Assembly (NCBI GenBank): GCA_030141605.1 | Contig: JAQGDQ010001816.1 | Coordinates: 1 to 24,403 of the forward strand | Direction: 5' to 3' | Origin: Tubiluchus corallicola | Lineage: Eukaryota; Animalia; Priapulida | DNA length: 24,403 bases | In this document: positions 22,463 to 24,403 of the stretch, piece after piece | Layout of the letters: every line of letters starts with the position of its first letter | Position numbering within the stretch: the first letter of the stretch is position 1 | The notes under the pieces: generated by a model | What the model was told of the DNA's origin: nothing | Databases searched by the model: none | Seen by the model: only the letters and a program-made list of their open reading frames with translations | Translations under genes and position numbers: made by a program

Positions 22463-22786
22463 CTAATGGTGGATACACCAATTGAACGACTTGACCTCAT
22501 AATTGTTGCAACACGCTCTGTATATTATCTTACCATTTTTGCCGTTATTTAGTGCCAGAGAGCGGGCGCACCTCTCACACACTTCTATTGCATACCTCCC
22601 CGGAAAAGTCTTTTTTGTACAACGTCCAATATGAATGTCCACCAAAGTGTCTATACGGTAGGGGTCCCGAGTAGTAGTAGGCATCGGCTTCGGCGTCGGC
22701 TTCGGCGGTTTTTTCTTTGGACAGCCATCCGTAGTTGACAGTATCATCAGAACAAGGACAAAGGTGGCAGAACAGAATTTTACCAT
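22463..22786 (-). CDS. Six-cysteine family paralogue C, 107 aa, secreted form lacking the hydrophobic tail
   Basis: Signal MVKFCSATFVLVLMILSTTDG + Lys/Pro/Thr stalk + CTKKTFPGRYAIEVCERC...YRACCNNYEVKSFNWC, then TAG where the left copy has TAC. The ancestral frame continues to TAA at 22352-22354 (144 aa). Confidence 0.78.
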   Translation of the reverse strand: MVKFCSATFVLVLMILSTTDGCPKKKPPKPTPKPMPTTTRDPYRIDTLVDIHIGRCTKKTFPGRYAIEVCERCARSLALNNGKNGKIIYRACCNNYEVKSFNWCIHH

Positions 22787-22904
22787 TTTCTGTTATCTGT
22801 GTAGAATATGACGAACTTAAACAAAAAGCAGTCAATATAATAGTTCGTTAACTTAATATGTGAAATAGCCGTTGGCAATAGCATATTCACGTAATCATAA
22901 TATC

Positions 22905-23745
<841 letters not shown>

Positions 23746-24403
23746 CCCATCCCCCTCAGCCTCTATGTCTTCCATCCGACGCCATGTTCGAATGTATAAA
23801 CCTTCCCACTAGAAAATGAAAGGTCACAGTCAATACGGCGAATATAATCATCCCGGACGAGGATCGAATCCATACGGTAACAGCTAATTCCCAGGAAGCA
23901 TACTCGGGAGAGCCTCAGCGAGCCACTCTGATTCAAACCGCGGCTCGTGCGTTACTGTGTAACCACTAATAAGTTCAAACTGAAAAAAAAACATATATTT
24001 ACTCTCTTCCCCCCGGGTTTCGTTTAGACAGAAGGTGATCCTTCTTTCGCGTTCCGGTTACCCTTGATGTTCCTTTGAAAGCGATCTGTCCCTGTTCGTT
24101 GCAGCCTCTAGGACACCACACTCCACAGCGCGGCATAGAAGACGGCTTGTCTTTTCCTGCACTATACGATGCTGTTGCTACGATACGCAGTTTTATGACG
24201 AAACAAACCATTACTTACAGATTTGCGCCACACGGCACTTCCTAAATTCTTACGTGACATCACTGAATTTCACGTTTGGACATCGACATAAATACTTTCA
24301 TTATTACAAAGAGTTCTATTTGAACTTTGCTTTGTCTGTGGTTTGTTAAAAATCCTTATTCTCCAAAAGCTTTGCACTGGTGTTATAATCTATATATGAA
24401 TTA

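Overview
AT-rich, microsatellite-rich animal (probably invertebrate) genomic DNA, not prokaryotic. 300-10821 (+) holds the last nine coding exons (483 aa, phase-consistent GT-AG introns) of a receptor-type guanylyl cyclase: kinase-homology domain, dimerisation helix and an intact cyclase catalytic domain. Its 5' part lies outside the window. Downstream is a cluster of three related small genes that I cannot assign to a named family: signal peptide, six-cysteine core C-x13-C-x2-C-x13/18-CC-x8/10-C, and a GPI-like hydrophobic tail. One copy is intact (15420-15740, -). The other two are the arms of a near-identical inverted duplication (20190-21882 / 22327-24403+) and carry complementary lesions: the left copy is frameshifted, and the right copy has a TAC>TAG stop that removes the membrane-anchor tail. 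Mobile DNA includes a ~350-bp element with AGTAA...TTACT ends and 5-bp TSDs (3 copies plus a diverged relative), a hAT MITE with an 8-bp TSD, hAT and LINE fragments, a 56-bp minisatellite and many microsatellites. Most ORFs in the supplied track are repeat artefacts.
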